A stretch of DNA of 64,000 nt, taken from NCBI GenBank assembly GCA_050875065.1, contig JBNMLY010000002.1, forward strand, positions 2,529 through 66,528, written 5' to 3'. This document shows positions 1-8,951 of the stretch, piece after piece (within the stretch, counting starts at the first letter, position 1; each line of letters opens with the position of its first letter). The notes below the pieces were generated by a model that saw nothing but the letters and a program-made list of their open reading frames with translations, made no database searches and was not told the origin of the DNA. This DNA comes from Otoolea sp. GTDB taxonomy: Bacteria; Bacillota; Clostridia; Lachnospirales; Lachnospiraceae. The position numbers and the translations under genes are program-made.

Positions 1-92
1 ACAACGTAAAATAATGTATTTTTTACTCGGTCATTGCTGACTCGGTTGCGTCCGAGTAAAAACCAACATATCTACTCCAAATTGCATCTTCC

Positions 93-1574
93 CTATTTTG
101 ACAAAATATCCTTCCGGTACATCTCTGCCAGCGACCGCAGGATCTTCGCCGTCATCCCCCAGATGATTCCTTCCTCGCGCCGGTAAAAATAGACATCGTA
201 ATGCCCGCGCCGCCAGTGGTAATCGCGTCCGCCCGGTACATCTTCAAATGGGAATGTCTCTTCCGGCACAGTCACAAGCTCCGTCTCGTAGCGCTCCGGC
301 TCATGTTCCGCAAACCAACGGAGGGGAACGGAAAAGGTGTGATCGACCTCCGCCTCGGAATACGACCAGCGGTAGCCCTGCAGCGCCCCTAAAAAGGGCG
401 AAATTTCCATCGCCCCGGGTGCTTCCAGCACATCTAACGGTGCGATGACGCGGATCTGGCTGCGGTTTATCAAAAGTTCTTCCATCGTCTCACGAACCGC
501 CGCCTGCTTCGGCGTCTCGCCCTGCTCAACGGCCCCGCCCGGAAAACAGATCTCGCCCGGTTGTGTTTTTAAGCTTCCCGCGCGCACCTCAAAGACCACG
601 TGGTACTCCCCGCCTTTCTGAATCAGCGGCACCAGTACCGCCGCCCGGCGGATCTTCTCATTCTCCAGCCGTCCGGCTCTCCGGCTGGCCCAGATGCGGC
701 TCATCTGCGCCAGCTCTCCGCCCTGAGTCTCTTCTAAGAATGCCTCGACACACCGGTTAAATGCGTCCGGCTTCTCCGCCGCAATAAAATGGTTTCCCTC
801 CAAAATCCGAAGTCTCGCATTGGGGAGAGAACGAGCAATCCGGCGCGTGTGGCGTTCGCGTATCATGTCATCGCTTCCTGCCACCACAAGGGCAGGCATT
901 TTTAAGCGGCGAAGCAGTTCGGGACGGATCCAGGGTTCATACAGCATTAAAGATAGAAGCTCTTTTTTGTGTATATTCGCCTCCCGAGCATTTCCTCTCT
1001 TTTCACGGCTTTTTTCTCCCTGCCAGTTCCTTCTCTGCTGTTTATTCAGTCCCTTCTGCTCATTCAATTTTTTATCATCTTTTGAAAATTGCTTTTCTGT
1101 CCGCATTTTCCCTGCTGCCATCTGCATTTTTTCTCGTACCTGCCCGATGCCGATTTTCTGCATCCAGAGTTTCCCCGCAACGCCCATGTACTCCCACGCC
1201 ACCTCCGCCAGCACGGACATCTTCATGCCAAATGGGTTTAAGTTCGCCCCGTTTAAAATCAGCCGATCCACGTATCCCGGATATTTCAGTGCAAAAATCA
1301 GCGCAATATTGCCGCCATCGCTGAATCCCAACAAAATGATCCGTCTGAGCCCCCGGCGGTCGAGAAATTTTTTCAAATCTTCGGCAAAGCGTTCCAGGGT
1401 GAATGCCCCCTGACCACGCGGCGATCGGCCGTGTCCGCGGGTGTCCACCGCGATCACATGGTATTTTGACTCGAAAAAGGACATCTGGTCCACAAAGTAG
1501 GAGCTGTCCTCGCCATTTCCGTGAAGCAGCACTATCGGCTGTCCGGAACCTGATTCTTTTGTATATAAATTCAC
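93..1574 (-). CDS. Fusion of alpha/beta-fold hydrolase (N-term) and Nudix CoA-pyrophosphatase-like domain (C-term)
   Basis: LLHG...GFSDGG nucleophile elbow; C-terminal QPGEICFPGG...AAVRETMEE Nudix box and IWGMTA motif of NudL/PCD1-type CoA diphosphatases; GTG start with GGAGGA RBS. Confidence 0.85.
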   Translation of the reverse strand: MNLYTKESGSGQPIVLLHGNGEDSSYFVDQMSFFESKYHVIAVDTRGHGRSPRGQGAFTLERFAEDLKKFLDRRGLRRIILLGFSDGGNIALIFALKYPGYVDRLILNGANLNPFGMKMSVLAEVAWEYMGVAGKLWMQKIGIGQVREKMQMAAGKMRTEKQFSKDDKKLNEQKGLNKQQRRNWQGEKSREKRGNAREANIHKKELLSLMLYEPWIRPELLRRLKMPALVVAGSDDMIRERHTRRIARSLPNARLRILEGNHFIAAEKPDAFNRCVEAFLEETQGGELAQMSRIWASRRAGRLENEKIRRAAVLVPLIQKGGEYHVVFEVRAGSLKTQPGEICFPGGAVEQGETPKQAAVRETMEELLINRSQIRVIAPLDVLEAPGAMEISPFLGALQGYRWSYSEAEVDHTFSVPLRWFAEHEPERYETELVTVPEETFPFEDVPGGRDYHWRRGHYDVYFYRREEGIIWGMTAKILRSLAEMYRKDILSK

Positions 1575-1774
1575 GTTTGTTCCTCCACATTAAATTAATA
1601 TATGAAAACTTACTTTGGCTTAACATCCATCTATCTTCCAGCAGCTCTTTCTCTGCTGTTTTTGGGAACTTTTATGCATTTTTAATTCCTTATCTATTAT
1701 ATACGATCCTCTTGTCTCCCGACAATTCTAAAAAATCCTTTCATCTCCTTAAATTTCCACATTTAAAAGCAATT

Positions 1775-2917
1775 TCAGATCGTCCATCCACCGTTGCCCC
1801 GCCTTTTTCCTCTATTGCCCTCTAAAAGTACCTGCCTATGAACAGCCGCTCCTTCGTCCTCATCCCCATACTCCTCTACAAAGTCCTTGATAATCAACAG
1901 CCCGATTGGCCCCAGCAGAAATCCGAACAGGCCGAACAGCTGCAAACCCGCATAGATGGCCGCCAACGTCTCCAGCGGTGATAAACCCATTTTCTTTCCC
2001 ATGAGATGCGCTTCCGTGAACTCCCGCAGAAAATAGCAGAGCAGATACAGCCCGAATAGAATCAACGCATGTCCCCATTCCCGCTTAAATAAAAGAAAAA
2101 TACTCCACGGCACCAGCGCTGTCCCCGTGCCGAAGATCGGCAGGGCATCCAGAACACCGATTCCGATTCCGCCCAGAATATAATATGGATTTCCAATTAT
2201 CAAAAGGCCCAGAACGGAAAGTGTGGACGTCATCAGAAAAATAACCAGCTGTGTTTTCAGCCACGCGCTTCCCGTCACGGCCAGCCGCCTGCCAAGCAGG
2301 AAAAATTCGCGGTGAAACATCGAATCAAACCGCCTCCGGCGCAGCTCATCCATCTCCTGTAAGCTCAAAATCGAGGCGATAAAAAATAAAACAATTACCA
2401 CGACCGCGCGCACGATCCCCGCCGCAGCCGGAACCGATTTTTGAAGGAGCTGCGGCAGCAGGATTTCCCTGACCTGTCCGCCGCCTTGCAAGCCTGTCCC
2501 ACGAAAAAGCTGTCCCAGTTTTCCCGCAGGTAAGTGAAGAAACCGTTCCGCCGACTGCTCAAGTTGCCCTCCGAGCAGTGACAATTCCTCCATCCGCCCC
2601 GGAAGCTCTTCTGAAAAGCGTTCCAGCTCCTCCATAAAGCGCCGTCCTCCTGCTGCCAGCAACGCAGCCAGCAGTATACACAGCAAAATCAGCTCCACGC
2701 CCCCGATCACACCGATAGGAATGCCGATGGTGCGCCTGCGGAAGGAGATTCGCAGCCGTTTTTCAAGAAAAGCCGCAGATGGGCGAAGAAAGAGCGCCAT
2801 CAGATACGCCGCCAGAAATGGGAATATAAGCGGCAGCAGATACCGGAAACTGAAATACACGCCCGCCGTGACCGCTGCTGTGAGAAATGCTTTTTTCTGC
2901 TTTCTGCTGAGTGCCAT
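1775..2917 (-). CDS. ytvI: AI-2E family membrane protein, sporulation integral membrane protein YtvI-like
   Basis: PFL..Y..A..LRP N-terminus, DALPIFGTG and E..LMG..MGLSPL...GFLLGPI motifs; start moved to ATG at 2917 (GGAAGGTGG upstream) from the longer ORF. Confidence 0.75.
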   Translation of the reverse strand: MALSRKQKKAFLTAAVTAGVYFSFRYLLPLIFPFLAAYLMALFLRPSAAFLEKRLRISFRRRTIGIPIGVIGGVELILLCILLAALLAAGGRRFMEELERFSEELPGRMEELSLLGGQLEQSAERFLHLPAGKLGQLFRGTGLQGGGQVREILLPQLLQKSVPAAAGIVRAVVVIVLFFIASILSLQEMDELRRRRFDSMFHREFFLLGRRLAVTGSAWLKTQLVIFLMTSTLSVLGLLIIGNPYYILGGIGIGVLDALPIFGTGTALVPWSIFLLFKREWGHALILFGLYLLCYFLREFTEAHLMGKKMGLSPLETLAAIYAGLQLFGLFGFLLGPIGLLIIKDFVEEYGDEDEGAAVHRQVLLEGNRGKRRGNGGWTI

Positions 2918-3038
2918 TCTCTGTTTCCACCTTCCCGAGTTTTTCTTTCTGCCATGTTTCTGTATTTCCACAACCATCCATTCAAACATACACCTTTTCC
3001 TTAACCAGCATTCCCTTTTTTCCGGATGTATGGCAATG

Positions 3039-3088
3039 AAAAACCACAGGAAACCGGCGTCAGCTCTCGCTCGTTCCGGCTCCTGCGG
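3039..3088 (-). terminator. GC-rich hairpin plus U-tract in the ytvI upstream region
   Basis: CCGCAGGAGCCGG...CCGGTTTCCTGTGG followed by TTTTT on the minus strand. Confidence 0.5.
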
Positions 3089-3678
3089 CCTCTTTTGTAA
3101 GCCCTCTTTAGTCGCTTCGGGGCTTACCCATGGACTTTGCCCATTTATGATTCGTACTTCCTTTGTACACGCTTTAGTATGGGCGGGGTGGAAAAAAATA
3201 TACATCGAAAAGATGACGTTCCGGACCGATTTTCTTGAAATTTCATTTGAAGGAGTCGGAGTCGAAGGTTCCTGCCCGGCAGAAAAGGACAATATCGGCT
3301 GCTATTTTATCGCCAAAGAAACCACCCTGCGGCGCCCTGAAACAATTAACAGCAATAAAGAATTTTGTGATTGTGCATTCCGGTGGAAATTTACTGAGAA
3401 TGACACACACGGCGTCAGCATTGGAAAGACACTCCCAGCCATTCCGACGGAGGCTAAAACGGTCTATCCAAAGAAAGCGTTTACCGTGGAAAATGCGGCA
3501 TCCATTCCTTGTGAACAGGTGTTGGGGACGTATAAAGTCGTGTTTGAGCGGTAGTTTTTTACAATTCCGGCAGAGATATATCCACGCATTTCTGCATTTT
3601 CTTTTTAAATTCTCACCCTTGATCTTTTATTTTTTTGAGTTATAATCGGTATATACCGGAAATAAAGGAGGAATATCT

Positions 3679-4461
3679 ATGCCGCGTCCACCGCGATGCC
3701 GCCGAATCTGCAGCGAACCACCGATTGATTGTTTCTGCCCCAGAGAGAGCAAAGGCGGGGAACCGATCCGGCTGACACTGGACGAATATGAAGTTATCCG
3801 CTTGGTCGATTTAGAGAAGCAGACACACGAGCAGTGCGCCGCCCAGATGGACATTTCCCGTTCGACGGTACAGGAAATCTACGAAAGCGCCCGCACGAAG
3901 CTGGCTGCCTGCCTTGTCTACGGAAAGCCGCTCCGCATCACTGGCGGCAATTACCGTATCTGCGCCGGTCAGGAACAATATCGATGCGGCAGCTGCTGCC
4001 GGATGCAGAAATCAGACACCACCTCAGACAACTATACACAAAAAGGAGAATCTAGTATGAAACTTGCAGTTACCTATGAAAATGGACAAATTTTTCAGCA
4101 TTTTGGACACACCGAACAGTTTAAAATCTATGAAGTGGCTGACGGAAAAATCGTCAGCGAAGAAGTGGTCGATACGAACGGTAGCGGTCACGGCGCATTA
4201 GCTGGTTTCCTCATGCAGCATGGGGTCGAGGCACTGATCTGCGGCGGCATCGGCGGCGGAGCACAGGCAGCTCTGGCAGAGGCCGGCATCAAGCTCTACG
4301 GTGGCGTCAGCGGTGAGGCCGATGCAGCGGTACATGCCCTGTTAGCCGGAAATCTCGGATTCAATCCAGATGTTCAGTGCAGCCACCATAACCAGGAACA
4401 CGGAGATGGCGGCCACACCTGCGGCAGCCACGGCTGTGGAAACCATGGCTGTCACTCATAA
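3679..4461 (+). CDS. DUF134 HTH protein fused in frame to a NifB/NifX-family (FeMo-cofactor-binding-like) domain
   Basis: MPRP.RCRRI, LTLDEYE.IRL.D, CA..M.ISR.T (DUF134); IFQHFGH...LICGGIG (NifX-like); Cys/His-rich tail; AAGGAGG RBS. Confidence 0.85.
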   Translation: MPRPPRCRRICSEPPIDCFCPRESKGGEPIRLTLDEYEVIRLVDLEKQTHEQCAAQMDISRSTVQEIYESARTKLAACLVYGKPLRITGGNYRICAGQEQYRCGSCCRMQKSDTTSDNYTQKGESSMKLAVTYENGQIFQHFGHTEQFKIYEVADGKIVSEEVVDTNGSGHGALAGFLMQHGVEALICGGIGGGAQAALAEAGIKLYGGVSGEADAAVHALLAGNLGFNPDVQCSHHNQEHGDGGHTCGSHGCGNHGCHS

Positions 4462-4501
4462 AGAGTTTCTCATGCAGCTTTATACTTACTGCTCACTTCG
4501 C

Positions 4502-5254
4502 TTACAGCGTAAATCGCGGTTTTGTGGAAAATTCCATCCGTTTTCCTGTCACCGGATGAAGAAAGGATAAACGGACGGCACACAGCGCCAGCGGCTCGCG
4601 GCGGGCATGTCCCACGGAGGCAGCCGCTGGTGCGCCATACTTAGTATCTCCCACCAGCGGCGTCCCGTGTGCGGCAAACTGCACGCGGATCTGATGATGG
4701 CGTCCGGTATGGAGATGAATCTCCACCAGGGAACGCACTGCACCGTCTCCCTGTTCTTTTTCTTCTAATATCTGGTAGTCCAGTTCCGCCCGCTTCGCAC
4801 CGGCAGCCGACTTATCCACAATCCGGCTGGTGTTCGTTTTCCCGTCTTTCAACAGATAATCCACGTACTTACCCACATTATCCACAGGTTTTCCACATAC
4901 TACCGCCTGATAGATTTTCTCCAGTTTTCCGTCCTGTACCTGACGGCTCAAGTGTGCTGCCGCCTTCTGGTTTTTGGCGTACACCATCACACCGCGCACC
5001 GGCTTATCCAGGCGGTGGATAACTCCGACATACGGATCCACCGGGGCTGTGGACGCTTTTGGGGATAACCCGGTGGATAACTTTTTCGCTTCCTGCGCCT
5101 TCCGGTGGAGATAATTTTTGATCTCACTGACCATATCCGGCTCCAGGCGTCTCGATGTCTGCGACTCAATTCCGGCTGGTTTAAGCACAACCAGGATGTC
5201 TTTATCTTCGTATAAAATTTCTAACATAACTGATTTCCTCTCTGCTTCATTCAT
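4502..5254 (-). CDS. RluA-family pseudouridine synthase
   Basis: ILYED..ILV..KPAG, HRLD catalytic motif, TGRHHQIRVQ, PLVGD.KYG. Confidence 0.95.
   Translation of the reverse strand: MNEAERKSVMLEILYEDKDILVVLKPAGIESQTSRRLEPDMVSEIKNYLHRKAQEAKKLSTGLSPKASTAPVDPYVGVIHRLDKPVRGVMVYAKNQKAAAHLSRQVQDGKLEKIYQAVVCGKPVDNVGKYVDYLLKDGKTNTSRIVDKSAAGAKRAELDYQILEEKEQGDGAVRSLVEIHLHTGRHHQIRVQFAAHGTPLVGDTKYGAPAAASVGHARREPLALCAVRLSFLHPVTGKRMEFSTKPRFTL
4523..5080. promoter_or_regulatory. Cluster of DnaA-box-like 9-mers inside the RluA CDS
   Basis: TTATCCACA at 4812 and 4878; TTTTCCACA at 4889 and (reverse) 4523; one-mismatch boxes at 4869, 5014, 5060, 5072. Confidence 0.65.
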
Positions 5255-5358
5255 GAACTCCCGAGCATTTTAACTTCTCAAATCACCCATGGGCTTTTTT
5301 CTTCCACTTCTAACTTTAAAAATTTATATGTAAACAATCACATATATTTACTGCATCG

Positions 5359-5510
5359 CTCGCACTAAACTCAAAAACACTTCGTTAAGTTCTCATATTA
5401 TATCATAAGTACTAAATTCAGCTTTCGCCTTTGGCTCGGCTTCATTAAGTGCTTAGATATGACTCGCACTAAGTTCGAAAATACCTCACTAAGTGCTCAT
5501 ATTATAACAT
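5359..5510 (-). repeat. Modular hairpin repeat, copy 1 (units A-B-A, two TGnTATAAT motifs)
   Basis: Near-identical to 21444-21584 and 23488-23605; related to 37155-37311. Confidence 0.9.
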
Positions 5511-5524
5511 ATCCCTTTCCCCTC

Positions 5525-5598
5525 TTGCATATTTTTCGGAAAAGATGTATAGTATATAAAAACATTCTATGTAGTTTTAATTACTACATAGAATGTTT
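5525..5598 (+). promoter_or_regulatory. sigmaA promoter plus a perfect 16-bp inverted repeat (probable operator) for the hemolysin-III gene
   Basis: TTGCAT-17-TATAGT (5525-5553); AAACATTCTATGTAGT-N7-ACTACATAGAATGTTT (5560-5598). Confidence 0.65.
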
Positions 5599-5638
5599 AT
5601 AATTACTCTATCAATATTACAGCAAAGGAGGTTATCCT

Positions 5639-6346
5639 ATGATTTCCAATCAAACATATATATCTAACACAACGGAACTCGTTGAAACAAAACACCATAA
5701 ATTCCATGTAAAGGATCCCGGAAGCGCGCTGACGCATTTTATCGCAATGATCGGCGCGGTGATCGCGGCGGTTCCACTGCTTCACAAGGCGGCCGGGGAG
5801 GCGGATTCGCGCCATCTCGCGGCGCTGGCCGTGTTTATCGTCAGCATGATTTTGCTCTATGCCGCCAGCACGACCTACCACACCTTTAATATTTCCGAAC
5901 ACGTCAATAAAATCCTGCGTAAGATCGACCACATGATGATTTTCATCCTGATCGCCGGCACTTACACACCGGTCTGCCTGATCGTCCTTGGAAATCATGC
6001 CGGTTACCGGCTTCTGGCGCTCGTCTGGGGCATCGCGATTGCCGGAATCCTCGTCAACGCACTCTGGATCAACTGCCCGAAGTGGTTTTCCTCGCTGGTA
6101 TACATCGCGATGGGCTGGATCTGCGTGCTGGCGTTCCGTCAGATCGTACTTGCACTCCCGAAAAGCGCGTTCCTCTGGCTGCTGACCGGCGGACTCATCT
6201 ACACGGCGGGCGGCGTGATTTACGCACTGAAACTGCCGATTTTCAATGCCAAGCATAAAAATTTCGGTTCGCACGAGATTTTCCATCTGTTTGTCATGGG
6301 CGGAAGTCTCTGCCATTATGTGATGATGTACGCATTTGTGGCGTAA
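5639..6346 (+). CDS. Hemolysin III / PAQR family membrane protein
   Basis: SALTH, ASTTYH, KIDHMMIF.LIAGTYTP, HEIFHLFV motifs; AAAGGAGG RBS. Confidence 0.93.
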   Translation: MISNQTYISNTTELVETKHHKFHVKDPGSALTHFIAMIGAVIAAVPLLHKAAGEADSRHLAALAVFIVSMILLYAASTTYHTFNISEHVNKILRKIDHMMIFILIAGTYTPVCLIVLGNHAGYRLLALVWGIAIAGILVNALWINCPKWFSSLVYIAMGWICVLAFRQIVLALPKSAFLWLLTGGLIYTAGGVIYALKLPIFNAKHKNFGSHEIFHLFVMGGSLCHYVMMYAFVA

Positions 6347-6536
6347 TGACGAAGTAGCCATTTTCGCAGAAAAATCCCCAATCTAAAGCATTGCCACCGG
6401 ATTTTTCCGCTGAAATTTATCCGCGGAATCTGCCCGGGCAGTATTTCATTTGACGGACAGCCCGCCCCATAGACAATAGGAATACCTACATTCAAATTTT
6501 TCATTATACGCCCACATTCATTCTCCTTTAAAATAT

Positions 6537-6595
6537 AAGAAGGAACCGTCTCGATGCCATCTGCTGGACTGGCTCGAACGGTTCCTTCTTTGTTT
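6537..6595 (+). terminator. Long hairpin with U-rich tail just upstream of the AEC transporter RBS
   Basis: AAGAAGGAACCG...CGGTTCCTTCTT TGTTT. Confidence 0.5.
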
Positions 6596-6623
6596 CAGAT
6601 ATCCATAAAGGAGGTCATTTTCT

Positions 6624-7559
6624 ATGAATATCAGCCTGATTCTATTTAATAAAACACTCTCCATGTTGCTGATGGCGCTGATCGGCTATGTGCTCGTCAA
6701 ACGCGGGCTTCTCCGCTCGGAGGACAAACGCGCGCTCAACATCATTAACCTGTACGCGGTCAGCCCGTGCGTGATTCTGACGGCATTTCAGGTTGCCCTG
6801 ACACCGGATAAAGTAAACGGGCTTATCACCGCTTTTGCCGGTGCCATCAGCGTGCATATCATTTTTCTGCTGCTCGCCCGGCTTCTGGTGCGTCCGCTCG
6901 GACTAAATCAAGCCGAACAGGCGTCTCTTATCTACAGCAACGCCGGAAATATGATTCTTCCTCTTGTGAGCACGATCCTCGGCGAAGAATACACCCTGTA
7001 CGCTTGCGCCTACATGGCGGTGCAGAACGTCATCATCTGGAGCCACGGCGTAACGCTTTTAAGTGGTTCCGGCGGCAAATTCAACTTGAAAAAGGTTGTG
7101 TTAAATCCCAATATTCTCGCGATCGGCGTCGGCCTCATTCTCTTTTTCGGACAGATCACTCTGCCGGACATCCTCTACACCACCGCAAGCAGCATGGGAA
7201 AACTCATCGGCCCGCAGGCGATGTTCATCATGGGTATGATCGTCGCAGAAAGCCGCTTAAGCGAATGTTTCCGAACCCCGAAAACGTATCTGGTCTGCTT
7301 CGGACGGCTGATTTTCTTTCCGCTCGTCTGCATCCTGCTCCTGCGCCTGACGGGGTTAAGCCTTAAAAATGAGCTGATTCACACCGCGCTCCTGGCCACC
7401 CTGCTCGCCGCCAGCGCCCCCGTTGCCTCCAATGTCACGATGCTGGCGCTGCTCTACGACGGTAATGTCAAAAGCGCCAGCCGGATCAACGTCATGACGC
7501 TGTTTTTCTGTGCTTTTACGATGCCTCTGATGGTGCTTGTTTACCAAAATCTCTGCTGA
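6624..7559 (+). CDS. AEC (auxin efflux carrier) family transporter
   Basis: Hydrophobic 311 aa; YSNAGNMILPL, LNPNILA, AAP.A motifs; AAAGGAGG RBS. Confidence 0.88.
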   Translation: MNISLILFNKTLSMLLMALIGYVLVKRGLLRSEDKRALNIINLYAVSPCVILTAFQVALTPDKVNGLITAFAGAISVHIIFLLLARLLVRPLGLNQAEQASLIYSNAGNMILPLVSTILGEEYTLYACAYMAVQNVIIWSHGVTLLSGSGGKFNLKKVVLNPNILAIGVGLILFFGQITLPDILYTTASSMGKLIGPQAMFIMGMIVAESRLSECFRTPKTYLVCFGRLIFFPLVCILLLRLTGLSLKNELIHTALLATLLAASAPVASNVTMLALLYDGNVKSASRINVMTLFFCAFTMPLMVLVYQNLC

Positions 7560-8871
7560 TTTCCCTGTAATAAAGCACCATTCCCGTCACACCGACCAGC
7601 ACCTCCGAGATCGGAAATGCAAACCAGGTAAAGCGCAAATCAATCAGTGACAGCAGCCAGAAGATCGGAATCAAACAGCAGATCTGCCGCATCACGGACA
7701 GAAAAAGACTTATCTTTCCATTTCCGATCGCCTGGAAGAACACCGGAGTCATCAATGAAAATATCGCTGGAATAAAGCTTGCACCTATGATAGGGAATGC
7801 ATTTTTCCCGATCGCGATGACCTCGCTGCTGTTTGAGAAAATCCGAAGAAGCTGCGTCGGGAAGAAAACGAAACAAATCACGCCAACCAGCATAAACACG
7901 CAGGAAAATCCCAAACTATCCTTCATGATTTCCCGGCATCTCGCATAGCTCTTTGTCGCATAATTAAAGCTGAGCACCGGAACGATACACGTCTGCAGTC
8001 CCATCAGCGGGATAAAGAAGAAGGTCTGCATCTTATAGTAAAGTCCCAGTACCGTCACCGCCGAATCCGAAAATCCGGCAAGAATCGCATTTAAAATCAC
8101 GATATACACCGTAAATAACGCCTGCATGATAATCGACGCGTAGCCAAACCAGTAGATCTGCTTGATATAAAGCGGCATTTTCCTGCGCTCCGGCAGCTTA
8201 CCAATCCCGCCAAACGACGTGATGACCGCAGCCATCACCTGTCCGCAGACGGTCGCATAGGCCGCTCCCGCAACTCCAAGCCCCGGCACCGGGCCAAGTC
8301 CGAAGATCAGGATCGGGTCAAGCACGATGTTCGTCAGCGCTCCCACGGTCTGTGCAATCATCGGGCGGCGCATATTGCCCCGCGACTGATGGACTTTCGT
8401 CCAGTTTCCCTCCAGAAATGCCCCGATGCTGCCGATGCAGACGATCCGCCCGTAAATAACGGCGCTCTCAATCGCCTCCGGGGTATTCGCACTCGTCATG
8501 ACATACGGACGCATACAGAGCGCCGAGAAAATTGCAAACAAGAGCCACGTTCCAAATGCCAGAAGCGTACCGGTTCCCGCCGTTTCTTCCGCTTTTTTGG
8601 ACATCTTCTGTGCATACAGACGCGCCATGTAGGTGTTCACGCCCACACCGGTTCCCACCGCCAGCGCGATGATGATGAGCTGCAGCGGATAGATAACCGA
8701 AAGCGCTGTCAATGCCGCTCCGGAATATTTTCCCACAAAAAAACTATCCACGATGTTGTACATCGCCTGAATCAACTGCGCCAGCATGACCGGAGGCGCG
8801 ATGTGCAGCAGTATCTTCGGAATTTTCTCCGTCCGGAAAAATTCGGTCTCTGTTCCCGCCTTACTCTTCAT
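7516..8871 (-). CDS. MATE family efflux transporter
   Basis: P.MLAQLIQAMYNIVDSFFVG, NIVLDPILIFG..GVAGAAYAT; start at 8871 with GGAGGAG RBS. Confidence 0.92.
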   Translation of the reverse strand: MKSKAGTETEFFRTEKIPKILLHIAPPVMLAQLIQAMYNIVDSFFVGKYSGAALTALSVIYPLQLIIIALAVGTGVGVNTYMARLYAQKMSKKAEETAGTGTLLAFGTWLLFAIFSALCMRPYVMTSANTPEAIESAVIYGRIVCIGSIGAFLEGNWTKVHQSRGNMRRPMIAQTVGALTNIVLDPILIFGLGPVPGLGVAGAAYATVCGQVMAAVITSFGGIGKLPERRKMPLYIKQIYWFGYASIIMQALFTVYIVILNAILAGFSDSAVTVLGLYYKMQTFFFIPLMGLQTCIVPVLSFNYATKSYARCREIMKDSLGFSCVFMLVGVICFVFFPTQLLRIFSNSSEVIAIGKNAFPIIGASFIPAIFSLMTPVFFQAIGNGKISLFLSVMRQICCLIPIFWLLSLIDLRFTWFAFPISEVLVGVTGMVLYYREISRDFGKQAPSEAS

Positions 8872-8951
8872 CGTCCGTCTCCTCCAATGCCTCTTCCAGA
8901 ATCCGATCATATTCCATAAAAATTTTCAACTCCGCATTTATAAACTCCATT

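Noticed and set aside
2721-3554. 277-aa plus-strand ORF
   Set aside because: Its 5' part is antisense to ytvI and its hairpins, and there is no clear RBS. The 3200-3554 part could be a gene remnant but has no recognisable motif.
5407-5456. Hammerhead ribozyme in repeat unit B (TTAATGA...GCGAAA)
   Set aside because: It lacks the CUGAUGA core and three-stem layout, and folds as a single rod.
4502-5600. oriC at the DnaA-box cluster
   Set aside because: The boxes are intragenic, and no dnaA, dnaN, rpmH or gidA is nearby.
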